64,000 nucleotides of DNA from Lytechinus pictus. Its lineage: Eukaryota. The notes under the pieces were generated by a model. It searched no databases and had not been told where the DNA came from. It was given only the letters and a program-made list of their open reading frames with translations. The translations under genes were made by a program, and so were the position numbers. The stretch spans positions 3,782,001 to 3,846,000 of the forward strand of contig NW_026974140.1 of the NCBI RefSeq assembly GCF_037042905.1, read 5' to 3'. Positions 50,921 to 63,735 of the stretch are shown here, in pieces; position 1 is the stretch's first letter; every line of letters begins with the position of its first letter.

Positions 50921-53900
50921 TCATCGTTTCTTGGCTTTCTTCAAGAGGGAGTCTCGGAGTGCAACCTGAAAAAAGAAAAAAAATATTGGTACAGATATAA
51001 AGACATCTCTCGATATTCCTCAGTAGGGAGGAATTACAAGGGATGGCGTGAGGGAGGGGGTCAATTGATGGCTTTCTGCAAGCAAGTGTGGATTTGTTCC
51101 AAGGAATACATGTCTTCTGTTTTCTTGGAAGAGAAAAGGAAGAGCCTGGCTCACAAAGAGTCATATCAAAGCAGATGGGTCTTTCATTAAAGCTGTTTAT
51201 AAATTTGCGCACAAATTTATGCTTAACTGGAACATGTTCTTAGGTGCTAAGTCACCTACACTACAGAGGTATATATCATGTACCACAAGAAAGGGTCACC
51301 AGTCATACGTGAAATCATTTGTAACTTATAAACAGCTTTATGAAACATCCACCAATACTGTTACTTGGTTTTGGGTTGAAACTATTGGAGATTTTCATAA
51401 AGAATTGTATCAATGATTTTCATTGACAACTCTCCTAAGCTACTAAAATTCTACAGTGGATTAGCCGGGAGCAAATCTGTCAGTCATTATTAAATATGTC
51501 AGTCATTATCAACACTTCTAAATACAACTCTCTATGAATCTCCACACTGCTTCATTATTACTAGGATAGATCACTTCAATAATAAATAAATAACTACTGA
51601 TATTGTATCAGTATTGTACCTTTGAAAGCAAATTTTTCATTCTTCCTTGCACTTATAACTAAATTTGAAATATAATAAAATGACAAAGATTTAACATAGT
51701 TTTCAATTCATTTTATGTTGCATTTTTTCTATATTTATTCATTGATTTTTTATCTCACATGATATTGTTGCATCAAAACTATTGAGAATGTGATAAAAAT
51801 CTCGAATGATTATAGTCATATAATTAAGATGATAATATCCCTGTTATTACCATCATCATAATAACAAAATTTATCTAGCAACTGCGAGATTTATCAGTAC
51901 TCTCATTATAATAGAGGTTTTACATTCTGGATATGGGCAATTCCATAGGTTGGTGGACATGAGCTCAATGTGTCTTTGTACATATAACCCATCTGAACCG
52001 TAACGTGAGTAACCACTTTATCTGCACCCCTAGTAAAAACCATATGTTCTTTATTTTTTGAATTATATACAAATTTGTCTCCCTAATATACTTCTGTGAA
52101 ATGGATATAATCAACTTTCATAAAAGCCTTGCATGAGGACACTTTTCACTTATGTCCACTTTTCATTTTATGCATGTCCAAATCATGTAACATGAGTAAC
52201 CGACACATTTCAAAGATTTGCCAGGAGCATAATGAAATTTCCCAAGTTTTGTTTTTATACAAAGGATAGTCAGACTGCGTACTATGTTGTGATAAAGAGA
52301 TGTTTAGTTCCTATTAATAATAATGGAGTTACAGCTCCAAGTATGAGTCAAGGTGTCTCCAAATGTAACGTGAGTAACCGTGGAATAGCCCATATGTATA
52401 TCCATATCAATATGTTACTTACCTGTTTTTCTCTGAAGGATCGTTTGTGTTTAGACTTGATATTAAACTTCTGTTTCATCATCATGAATGGTTTATTCTT
52501 TCTCTTCTGTTTGTTTGTAGTACTAGCATGAGGATTCATCTTCTGTTTTTTACTCCCAAACTTCTCTCTTCCTTCACGTCCAGCCTGAAAAAAGAAAATG
52601 AGAAAATATGGCTCATACACTTTTTTCACATCCAGAATGAGAGTTGGAAAAAAGAGGAAGTGACTGAAGGCTGAACTTGATTTGACAGTGATAACATTTT
52701 GAGAGGAGAAAGTCATCATAGATCTAATTCTGACATAGTTTAGGCTATCTGAACATTGTGCAATAATGAAAACTAGCTGATGAACAAATACATTGAAAAC
52801 AACCAGGACAGCTCAGCAGACACAATGAATTAAAGGACAAGTCCACCCCAACAAAATTTTGACTTGAATAAAAGGAAAAAATTCTGGAAGCATAACACTG
52901 AAAATTTCATCAAAATCAGATGTAAAATAAGAAAGTTGGGACATTCTAAATGTTAGCTTAATTTCACACAACAGTCATATGCACGTCCTGGTCGGTATGC
53001 AAATGGGGGGGTGATGACATCACCCACTATTTCTTTTGAATTTCTTTATATGAAATATCAAATATTTTCATTCTCTCCTCATTGTCATGTGAAACAAACA
53101 TTTATTCCTACCTAACATGAGGAATTACCATTATTTTATCTGTGGTTCAGTCAAGTTGGTAATTACTGTCAAGTCTGCAAAAACTTAAATATTGTATTAT
53201 TCAAACAATAAAGAAAAGAATTCGTGAGTGAGGGACATCACTGACTCTCTCGTTTGCATATCACAGAGTTATGCATATAACAGTTTTGTGAAAAATAAAC
53301 AAAACTTCAAAATGTCATAATTTTCTTATTTTACATCCGAATTTGATGAAATTTTCCGCACTTTGCTTGGTTAATTTTTCTCTATTGATTCAAATCAACA
53401 TTTTTCTGGGGTGGGCTTAACCTTTAATAACAGCTTGGAAAAGACTTCTCTAACAGAATGCCATGGTCACTTTGCCTAGCATGGTATTCTGTTAGCAAAC
53501 AAGTTTTTTCCCCAGAAATCATAATTACATTCATGCATGAAATTCATTAATGCTCATTTTATTATAATAACAAAATAAACTTTGTTTGCCAAAATCTACT
53601 TGTTTGTAAAATTATTCATAAACAAAGCAAAAGATGTAGATGCTTTCCCCACCACCCCCCCCCCCCTCCCGCTCAGTTAGCTATGTGAACTTTTCGCTCA
53701 AGAAAATTGGTCTAAATATGCAGCCTGAAATTCCTAACTTGGACTTGTGCATTGAAGGTCCCTTTTGTAAGTTGTATTCATGCCAGTTTGTCTCAAGACC
53801 GAGTTGTTGATCGGGGTTTGGACCTGCAAACCACTTCCCCCTCCCTCCCTCCACCCCAATCCGTCCCTTCCCCTCCCAAGCTCCAACAGCCAATGGACTC

Positions 53901-56900
53901 AGATATAACATGTGTACTTTAGTATTCATCTAATAATATAATTGAGTTCAGATTTTTATTTCAAGAATATATATCCAACCAAAGTGAACTCACCATGATG
54001 GTAGCCATTCTTGTTTCTTTGTCGTGCTTTGGTTTGTACTGAATGGATTCTATCTGATTTAAAGAAAGAAGCTCTCCACCTTCATTCTTATCAGAACTTA
54101 TCTCAACGTTCTTTCTCTTACGTCCAGTCTTTGGAGCAGATGCAAGCTCTTTCCGTACCTGCTCCGTACGTATCGCCTGCACAAAAACAAAAACAATTAT
54201 TTCCTTGATGATTTAGAAATAACAAGGCACTCTCTAAAAACAATATTAGTTAACAAGTTGGTTAACAACACAACAGTTAACAGGCTGAAAATAATTATAA
54301 GTATCTGGTGGGAAGAAAACCTTTTACTATCACAAGTGAATACTGTCTGTAGAGTGGTTTGTCTGTTAGTATATTTCATTTTGTGTTGCTTGATACTTTC
54401 AATAAAAAAGGGGAATGATTCAAATAAAGACCAAATTTGGAAAGAGACGGAATATGCTACTGAAAATTGTTGTATGGAATGATCTGGTCAAATATTTAGA
54501 TCAAAGTTCTCATTGTTGCCATTGGTAGGGGGGGTTTTGACCAATATTTTTGCTTCTATCAAATTGGAAGTTTGACAATTATCAAAGCAATGTACTTAGT
54601 CCACCCTTTTTATCAAATTCATTTCTTTCTTGCTGTTTATTTTACACAATTAGCTCTGACAACCATATAACAACATTTAGGATAAAAGATTACAATGACA
54701 TTTGGTATTAAAATCAAATAGAATACATACATAATGCTTATAATCCATAATATACAAATGATAATCATAACATTGTCTACATTCAAAGGTCACTTTGGGG
54801 TCAAAGGTCAAGAGGTGAACCAACCTGAAAGTCTTCTTGAGTAAGTATTCTATTCTGACTGATAGCCGTAGCTCTCGTGACTTTCTCCTCTGAGGTTAGG
54901 TTACTAGCAGGATTCTCTGTTCCGTCTTTCATCTCCACCTCATCATCAGAAGAATGATGGACATCATGCCAGCTACCATCGCTATCACTGGAATCACCGC
55001 TTGCTGACTCCCATCCATCTGATATAACATAGTGGTGATAACAAGTTATTAACCAGTGCATCCTAGAAATAAGGAAACTTGGATTCCTAGTTATCTCTTC
55101 TAACATAGGAAAATAGAATAGAATAGAAATGGTTTATTTGAACAAAAAAAATCATTCGCGGCCAGAAGGCCGAATTACAGATTTTCAGACATAAAATCAA
55201 ATACACAGTATACATAAAAATTACAACATAATGAAAAACGGGAATTAGAAACACAATCAATTACGTAAAAAAAATAATCACATGCCTGAGGTAAATAATA
55301 CATACATACGTTATTGCAAAATCAATCATCATTGTAATACAATCATTCTATATCCATTTATTATTTGATTCATTATCATAATTACTCTAAGATTTTATTA
55401 TTATATTTTTATCATTACTATTAATATCATATTACTATCCTTTTATTATTCACATTATCATCATAAGAAATTAAGTATTGCACATAGAGAAACATTGACG
55501 CTTTGTACTACACTCATCAAAAAAATAAAAGATGTTCGTTCATAGTCTACCACTGGTTTACATATTGTTACAATGTGAGTAGTTATAGGTCAAAGTAACT
55601 GGAAAATTAAGGCTATCAAATGATTCTATGTATTTTAATTTCTTGTAGTTCTGATACCTGATGATATGAACAATTCCCACATAGATGAGCAAGAAGAGGT
55701 CAAATCTCAATGATAAATAAAGTTGCGCAGAACAATTGGTCAGTATTATTTTTGTGAAAGATACGACCTAGCGTAAGAAATGTATGTTGCATTAGCATTT
55801 CTTTTGTATTCTTTGTGAAGTTGTTCTGTCTTTCTTATTGATAAGTGTGAAGGAATAAAGTTTGAGTAAATTAAAGCACTTTTAACTGAGAAAAAAATTT
55901 GAAAGGAAATATCAGACAAGAGCTTCTTGAAACACTCTGATGAAGCAAACTTTAAATGCATTGCCAATTACCTCACACAAAAAACATAACTGAACAATCA
56001 CTGAAAAGGTTCATCTGAAAAACATTCTTTTATGACGTAATCACAGAAAGAACAGGCAATTTCTGTGATTGTGAAATAAAGAATGTTTTTCTAATTACTG
56101 AACAATATTTCACTGTTTCTTCCATTTTCTCAAAGTAGATTTCCCTATGAAGAAGGATGTGAGTAGATTTGTTCATTGATAAAGATAAAAGTAGATGTAT
56201 ACCTTTATCGTCCTCCTTTTCTTCTCTTTCTTCAGCTAACACCTCAGCTCCTGGAATGAAGTCTGACGCTACTAGCTCCCCATATTCCCTTGCTTTGACC
56301 TCTATTGATTGCTCTGTAGGTTTACCCTGAAATGAAATATATATTGAACAAAGAATGGTAACAATTTACTTCACACTGACAAGGTGATCAGGGCACTCAA
56401 CAGGACCCCAAATCTCTTTATGCCAAAGCTCCTGTGTTGCAGAGATTTCTTGAAACCATGCGTGTAGTGGCGGGGTTGATGGTGCTGCTGCCCCGTAAAG
56501 ACCCCAACATATTTCATTGTTAAATCACTGTCTTGCACTTTTCACCATCACAGTTTTTATTCAATACCTGGCCAATTAGACCATTTTACACCACAAGCTA
56601 ATTCAATTCAAATGTAATCATTAATCATTCATTTAAAAAATTGTAGATTTTTGGGATTAACTTTCATTATGCACTCAAAAATTTTCCATAACAGCACATA
56701 TCCAAAAGCTCAGTCCACTAAAAATATTGGCTCGTTATTACCCTCTTTGCAACCACGACACGGTCATGAATGTAATGTGTTTATTTTAATATGGATAGAA
56801 TGTCATGCACAGTGATTATATTCAAATCTGGTCGATTGTCCAAGTGAAGGTTAAAAATAACTGTTACATTACTGCAATAATTTCAGAAGTATATTAAAAA

Positions 56901-58877
56901 TGTGCATGAAAACTTGAGTGGCAATTGATATTGAGCATAAGGTTAGACCCTCCTTGACAAGACTAACCTTGTCTTTTCTGTGAAGAAGTTCTGGATTGGT
57001 TTTCCTGAAGAGATGGATGAGTGATCTTGATGCAGCCATGACTGACTTGCTACGGTAGGTCTTATACTGTGTCAGGTCCTGGAGGAGATCTGGACCCATT
57101 GCTAGAGGGCACCTAGCACACACTTCCCTCACTGCATTCAGTCTGAAAGGAAAGAACAAGGATAGTATCATTGTATGGTATAAAGTTACCGAGATGGACC
57201 AGGGGGGTGTTTCGTAAAGAAATGCCTTGTTGCGTGGGTTATAGGCATGACCGCACTGGTCAGATCATGCCAAGGGGAAGCGCTCTATTGCATAGTAATC
57301 AATGAGATTGAGCAATGCATATCATATACGTGTTGACATATAAGTGTGTATCTAAGTCGTACTTAAATCTTTGTGAAACACCCTTAGAACTTATTGCCAG
57401 TGGAAATATATCACACATTTCCCTCACTGCATTTAGAAAGAAAGGAGAGAACAGGTATACCATGGTGCTATTATAGAGAAAGTTCATGAAACGGACCTGG
57501 GCTCCGTAACACAAAGGTTTGCGATGAATTGCAAATATGAAAGAACCGTACTGATTGGTCCCTGGTCAGTATTTTAAACCTAATGCGTAACGTTGATATT
57601 AATTGGTCAGTTCATTTAGCGATTGATCGCTAATCTTTGTGTTACGGAGCCCTGGAGCCTGTTTCATATGACTATCAAAGATGGTAACTTTGCAATCATG
57701 GTAGCTCATATAGAAATCTTGATTATTGATTGGATCGGGGTAGTGTCACCATGGTAGTTACCATAATGGCAAAGTTAGCGTAATCATAAGTCTTTTATGA
57801 AATTGTTCTATTGCTGGAGAACATCTAGCATAGCCCTCCATCAAGGCATATCATTTAACCTCAGAAGAAATAACATATAGAGACAGTTATGAAGTGAGTT
57901 CAGGAAGCAGCTCCAAGCCCATTGATAAGGACATCTAGCATGATTTCAGACAATAACCACCAAAGTGCCATGACTTCATTTGAATTCCTCTCAGTCACAA
58001 AGTTATTGACCAAGAACAGATTCTATAATATCTGATGGGACTTACCCAACTGCCATGACTTCATTTGAATTCCTCTCAGTCACAAAGTTATTGACCAGTG
58101 TCCTAAGGACAGATTCTATGATATCGGGTGGTACCAGATCATGTGTAGCTTGGGCTGTATACAGTAGTATCTTGGTTACCTCTGAAAACAGAAATGGCAT
58201 ATATTTGGAGTTTTTATGATTAATTTATATAGTCATCCTTTCTTAAGCTTCATTGGCTTTGTGATTGACTGATGGCTACAATCAAGTTCTAAGGGTGATA
58301 AACTCAATTTTATGAGATTTGATTGGTTTACAGATTCTTGAATTTAGTTTAGTTTTAAAAGAAACACCACACTGGGGTCCAAACTGGATCTGCTATCCTT
58401 TTCTAATAAAACAAAAGAATCTACTTTCGAATTCCAAGCACACTACAGTGATGGTTTTCAAGTAAGAAGTTAAATGTACTGCACTCAACCCAGGTGAGGT
58501 AAATGGGTACTGGCAGGAAGTAATTCCTAGAAAAGCTGTGAGCATCGGAATCAGTAGACTGCTTTGTCGGGGTAATATAGGAGCGCCTTGAGCACATGAC
58601 AAGGTGGATATGTGGGCTATATAAATCCTATATTATCATTATTATCATTTCCATTAAATGTTTTTTATCATGTTGGATTGCCCAATAAAATGAGGTTTCT
58701 GAGATAGCATCTAACCTTTCTGATGTGGCTGCATGAATCTCTGAAGGAAAGGATAAAAGTTGAAGAGAATAAGTTGATGAACTCCGACCAAACGAGAGAT
58801 GAGATTAATCATCATAAGCTTCACCTCAAACCTCTCTGTAGACTTCTCAAGCTGTTTAAACAGACGCTCAGCAAATT
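50921..58877 (-). CDS. SDAD1: Protein SDA1 homolog (60S biogenesis), 5'-partial, ~393 C-terminal aa; exons 58877-58716, 58181-58046, 57142-56968, 56326-56203, 55018-54825, 54176-53994, 52584-52423, 50965-50921
   Basis: [68 protein letters not shown]...[39 protein letters not shown]...GKPTE...RILTQEDF...[17 protein letters not shown]...[18 protein letters not shown]. All junctions GT-AG and in phase. Confidence 0.95.
51935..52391. mobile_element. MITE with GGG...CCC termini in last SDA1 intron
   Basis: TIRs gggcaattcca / tggaatagccc, atat on both flanks; repeated aacgtgagtaacc motif. Confidence 0.7.
52834..53423. mobile_element. Family A TTAA MITE (copy 4)
   Basis: TTAA|aggacaagtccacccca ... 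tggggtgggcttaacct|TTAA. Confidence 0.85.
57500..57651. mobile_element. Harbinger-like MITE, 152 bp
   Basis: Perfect TIRs ggctccgtaacacaaag / ctttgtgttacggagcc; 3-bp TSD ctg. Confidence 0.85.
58405..58650 (+). mobile_element. Degenerate tRNA-derived SINE
   Basis: B-box-like ttcgaattcc; conserved-core-like ctcaacccaggtgaggtaaatgggtac; LINE-like tail gagcgccttgagc...ctatataaat followed by (tat/cat)n. Confidence 0.6.
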
Positions 58878-59277
58878 CTGAAGAGAAAGAATACAGAAAG
58901 AATGGAAAATTGACTTGTTAGGGAGGAATGACTTAATATTTGTTTTGAATTTCATATTGTAAATACCATTGTGGTACCATGTAGTAATCTATGTCACCAA
59001 ATTTTAGACATTTTGTGATTGTCAGAGAGCCTTAGTGATAAAAGGAAAAGAAGAGCTAATGAAACTTTTCATTTTAGAGAATTTTGGAAGTTAAGGTAAC
59101 AAATACCAGGACTTGAATTTTTATCAACAAAATCATTGTGTCCTCCTGAATGTCCTGATGTATGACACAGTGATATTATCACTTCAAAAAGTCAATTTTT
59201 GCTCGCATCATGCTTTGCAGGATTGATCATGCTTATTACCAATCATTTTTACAAAAAAAATATGAAGGCATCTTAAA

Positions 59278-60753
59278 AGGACAAGTCTATCCCAACAAAA
59301 AGTTGATGTGAATAAAAATAGAAAATCCATTAAGCATTACACTGAAGATTTAATCAAAATAAAAATAGTTATAAGCACATCCTGGTCGGTATGCAAATGA
59401 AGGGAGTGATGACATCACTCACTCACTATTTATTTTGTATTTCATTATATGAAATATTATAATTTTTTCCTCATTCTCCTGTGAAACAAAGTTTACTTCC
59501 TCCCTGAACATGTGGAAATACCATTGTTTTATCATTTCATGATTCAGTGAAGTTGGTCCATATGGTCAAATCTGTAAAAATTGAAATATTGTGTAATATA
59601 AACAATAAAACAAGTGGAATGCCTCTGGCGGTCTCGCCTGCATCACGCAATTCAATATAGCAGCAGTGCTGACTTTGAAACCTACTATAACTCGCACAAG
59701 ATGTTCAGTGATACTTGGTTACTCTTATGTCCACATTTTATGAACTAGACCAATACACTTACAGAGATATGATGGTAATTCAACAGATACCCCCATTCGG
59801 CCAAAGTTCATTGACCTTTGACCTTGATCATGTGACCTGAAACTCGCACAGGATGTGCAGTAATACTTGATTACTCTTATGTCCAAGTTTCATGAATCAG
59901 ATCCATAAACTTTCAAAGTTATGATGGTAATTCAACAGATACCCCCATTCGGCCAAAGTTCATTGACCTTTGACCTTGGTCATGTGACCTGAAATGCGCA
60001 CAGGATGTTCAGTGATACTTGATTACTCTTATGTCCAAGTTTAATGAACTAGACCAATATACTTTCAAAGTTATGATGGTAATTCAACAAATACCCCCAA
60101 TTTGGCCAAAGTTCATTGACCCTCAATGACCTTTGACCTTAATCATGTGACCTGAAACTCATGCAGGATGTTCAGTTATACTTGATTAACCTTATGTCCA
60201 AGTTTCATGAACTAGGTCCATACATTTTTTAAGTTATGATGACATTTCAAAAACTTAACCTTAGGTTAAGATTTTGATGTTGATTCCCCAACATGGTCTA
60301 AGTTCATTGACCCTAAATGACCTTTGACCTTTGTCATGTGACATGAATCTCAGGCAGGGTGTGCAGTAATACTTGATTAACCTTATGGCTAAGTTTCATG
60401 AACTAGGTCAATATATTTTCTAAGTTATGCTATCATTTCAAAAACTTAACCTTAGGTTAAGATTTGATGTTGACGCCGCCGCCGGAGCCGTCGGAAAAAG
60501 CGGCGCCTATACATGTAGTCTCACACTGCTATGCAGGTGAGACAAAAACAAAGAAATAGTGAGTGAGGGACATCACTGACTCTCATTTGCATACCACTGA
60601 GTTGTGCATCTAACTGTTTTGTGAAAAAGAAGCAAAACTTTAAAATGTCATAACTTTTATTTTACATCCGATTTTGATGAAATTTTCAGCATTATATTGT
60701 TTGATTTTTCTCTCTTGATTCAAATAAACATTTTTCTGGGGTGAACTTGACCT
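59278..60753. mobile_element. Family A TTAA MITE (copy 5) split by a HINE-like insertion
   Basis: Family A ends; host A-run aacaataaaa|...|aaaaacaaagaaatagtgagtg is interrupted. Confidence 0.8.
59609..60548. mobile_element. Helentron-associated (HINE/DINE-1/pearl-like) element with ~5 internal tandem repeats of 151-190 bp
   Basis: Subterminal IRs gtctcgcctgcat (59631-59643) / atgcaggtgagac (60531-60543); terminal stem-loop gtctcac..gtgagac; inserted in an A-run; units start at ~59690, 59841, 59992, 60155, 60346. Confidence 0.75.
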
Positions 60754-60866
60754 TTAATTTCAACAAGATACAACATAATCATTAATCATCATCAGACAGG
60801 AGAGTTATAAAAAAGTGAAAAACAGACAAAGAGAGGAAGAGGGAGAGAAAGATGAGTCAGAAGAAT

Positions 60867-61150
60867 CAGGGGCAGATCAAAGATTTTCCGGGGGGGGGGG
60901 CATTTTGGTACAAAAGAAAAAATTATCAAGGCACCCCAAAAAGGTCTTCACTGATTTATGCCAGGAAAATTTGACAAGAAAAAAAAGTCACAACAAAATG
61001 GAGATCATTTTGTTCCAGGAAAAATTTGACAAGCAAAAAAAAAGTTCCTCACTTGCGTATGCACGACATAGTTCCCCTAAAAAAAAGTTTATGCCTCTCA
61101 AAAGGGGAGGGGCAAGGGCCGGATGTGACCCTACCAGGATCCGTCAATGA
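60867..61150. mobile_element. Degenerate hAT-like MITE
   Basis: caggggcagatc ... ggatccgtcaatg termini with G/C tracts like the other hAT-like MITEs; TSD not evident. Confidence 0.4.
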
Positions 61151-61894
61151 GATAAAATAGTGGAATGGTGGTTATATAATGCAAAAAGTACTTCCATTTC
61201 ACCAAACCATAGACCTCTTTTTTTAAAAGAGATTTATACGTATTGCGAGGGTTCAAATGCATATCCAATGAGGGCAGAGGGGCTAGTGTCCTCTTTGGGG
61301 GGCAGAAAGTTATACATTGTTACTCTCTCCTCATATGAAAGGTGCCCCCCCCCCCCCCAGTAAAGTGGTAATCTTTCAATCCCCTTGTAAATTTGTTTGT
61401 AAGAGTTTGTATGTGAGTGAGAAGCTGGGGGTGTTATAACTGGTTTGTCAACAACATTCTGGATACACCCCTGTGTAGGTTTTATAAGTACTGGCAACTA
61501 ATTACAGACACGAAGGTACTTTTAAAAACAAGAAATGTTTGGTTTAATTATTAGACTTAAGTGGCTCTTATATCACAATATTATTTCACTTTCACTACTT
61601 ATACAGCAAGCTGAACAAAGAATATTGTTTCATCCTTCCTTTCTACAGCATTACATGAACACCATTCATCTTCCATGTAATACCATGTTTATATGCAACC
61701 TTCATGTCTCGATAGTACACTCTTTTTTCTTTATGATTAAGTTGTTCACTGTTAATAATCAAAGTTTTGCTTTCTATCTCAGCCAAGTAGAATTAAATTT
61801 TAAGTTTGCTCATTTATAGCATTATCTTAAGCCACCATTTAGCTGTGCGACTTTAATTTAAAAGGATAAAGTTCTTATGAATTATTAAGTCAAC

Positions 61895-62464
61895 ATGTGG
61901 AAAACAGAAGTGATGATGGTCTATGTTTTACTGATTCCTTTGATTTTATTCGGTATAATTAATGGGAAGGTGGACATTCTCCTTACACCGGAGAGCGCCA
62001 TCATTTCTACAGGAGAAAACATAACCCTTCAATGTCAAGTCAACAATGTGGACCACCATTTCTATGCAATCAGGTGGAGGCACACTCTACACGATGTTTC
62101 TGGTCCTCTTCAAAGCAACGCAACTTTAGTCAAGGAAACTCTAAAGTTAAAGTCTTCACTGACTTTGTCTAATCCAGGTGTTAGTTTCACAGGTTTATAT
62201 TTCTGTGAAGTACACTACACTGGTCGAGGGGGGAACTTGGTATCGTTTGCCACATCCTTGGTATCCGGGATCCACAGCGCAAGGATATCAGAGTGTCATA
62301 AGTCTTCCAGTGGAGGTAAAGTGATACACCTGTTTGAGAGAGGCCCATCAGTTGACATCTCTTGTAAGGCCATCAAAGAACCCATTGTTCCCGAGTTAAG
62401 ATGGAGGTTTCTTCAAAGAGCAGGCAGAACGTACATTGATTTCAGCCGTGACGATGATGGTTAG
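61895..62464 (+). CDS. Signal peptide + immunoglobulin-domain ORF (gene exon or pseudogene) nested antisense in an SDA1 intron
   Basis: caacATG; hydrophobic leader; Ig motifs ITLQC, IRW, SSLTLSN, TGLYFCEV; start of a second Ig-like domain (VDISC...LRW) cut by TAG TAA or by a possible phase-1 donor G|gttagt at 62460. Confidence 0.7.
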   Translation: MWKTEVMMVYVLLIPLILFGIINGKVDILLTPESAIISTGENITLQCQVNNVDHHFYAIRWRHTLHDVSGPLQSNATLVKETLKLKSSLTLSNPGVSFTGLYFCEVHYTGRGGNLVSFATSLVSGIHSARISECHKSSSGGKVIHLFERGPSVDISCKAIKEPIVPELRWRFLQRAGRTYIDFSRDDDG

Positions 62465-62588
62465 TAAAATGACTCAATCATTGGTTATGAATTGTGTTTG
62501 TGATTGGAGGGGGAGGGAGGGGGCGATCATCAAGGCTAGATTTCCAAAGCAACCAATCAGCCAAGCCAAAATAAGGTATGACAATGGA

Positions 62589-63161
62589 CCCAGGGGGGGG
62601 GGGCACTTCCATTGACGAGTCGATATGGGGTCTCGAAAGAGCACCCTAAGCAAGTATTTTCCATATTCTGAAAATGCACCCCTTAACAAGTATTGGCGTG
62701 TGAAACCCTACCCTTAACAAGTATTGAAAACAAAACGATACCCTTGGCAAGTATTCCCTCAATTGAACCCCAAAACAAGTACAGCGATATTTTAATTGTT
62801 GTTATATGTCACAGACGTCGGTTTTACCATTACCTACATGTACATCATTGGGTTTAGTAAGGCCCCACCTCCCACACCTCGTGCAAATCAGACTCTAAAC
62901 ACGTGCTGACTGTTGGGGCAAGAAGTACATCATTTATAAAACATTTTAGTCTTTTTTTATACCCTCGCAAATTTGGCCCTAAACACGTAGCTCTCCTAGC
63001 GAAATAGATACCCCTTTTTCATTATTTTAGTGCTTTTTACACCCTTATTCATTAAGTATGTAACGTGCCCTATCTTGAAGAAGACATCCTTTTTACATGT
63101 TTTTTTGGTCACACATGATATCCACTTGTCAGTGTAAGTGCCCCCCCCCCCCCCCCCCCGG
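62589..63161. mobile_element. G/C-tract MITE with 7-8-bp TSD
   Basis: Ends cccaggggggggggggcactt / aagtgcccccc...ccgg; flanking direct repeat (g)acaatgg at 62580-62587 and 63161-63168. Confidence 0.8.
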
Positions 63162-63210
63162 ACAATGGTTTCATTGGACAAACATTTATGGGCATTTTAG
63201 GGGATTTTAA

Positions 63211-63735
63211 CCCTAAAACATTTTCCAAGTCCATTCCGCTGCGCAAAACTTTTCAACTGTACTGCTCGCTGACTTTTTATTTGAAGTCTTGCGCATCTTT
63301 TGAGGCCAAATTTACTATGCCTGGGTATTCGGTTGAAAAATTACACAAAATTATGTAAGTGCATGTCAGACCCCCAAATTGCTCCAAAATGAGATTTTGT
63401 GTACAAAGTCAATGTAAATTGAGTTTTCTCATCTTATGCATAAAGATATGATTATTTTTACTTTCATCAGCTGAAATTAATTGATTTTAGCATAATTATG
63501 CTGTAAAAAAGTTCTGCTATAAATTTGGTGAAAAAAAAAAAACGAAAACAAAAGGTCAAAAAGCAGAGAAATACATAAGAAATTCTTTTTCAAACCAGGA
63601 TTTTTTATTTGTAATTGTTAGCAATGGTAAAAAGAATATTAACACCAAAAATTAGCATTCTAAGAGCTTTTTATAGTGAACTAGAGCAAAAAGTATAATT
63701 TATGCATAAATTAGCATAATTAATTCATATCTAAA
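63211..63735. mobile_element. Fragment related to the piggyBac-like MITE at 49367, opposite orientation
   Basis: TTAA|ccct start; tgtaagtgcatgtcagaccc and gtacaaagtcaatg are reverse complements of segments at 49915-49980. Confidence 0.6.

Noticed and set aside
50966-58715. Intronic snoRNAs in SDA1, plausible for a ribosome-biogenesis host
   Set aside because: No convincing C/D box pair with terminal stem seen by eye; an Infernal or snoscan run would be needed.
59690-60480. Regularly spaced repeats resembling a CRISPR array
   Set aside because: Whole 151-190-bp units repeat with no unique spacers, there are no cas genes, and the context is eukaryotic.
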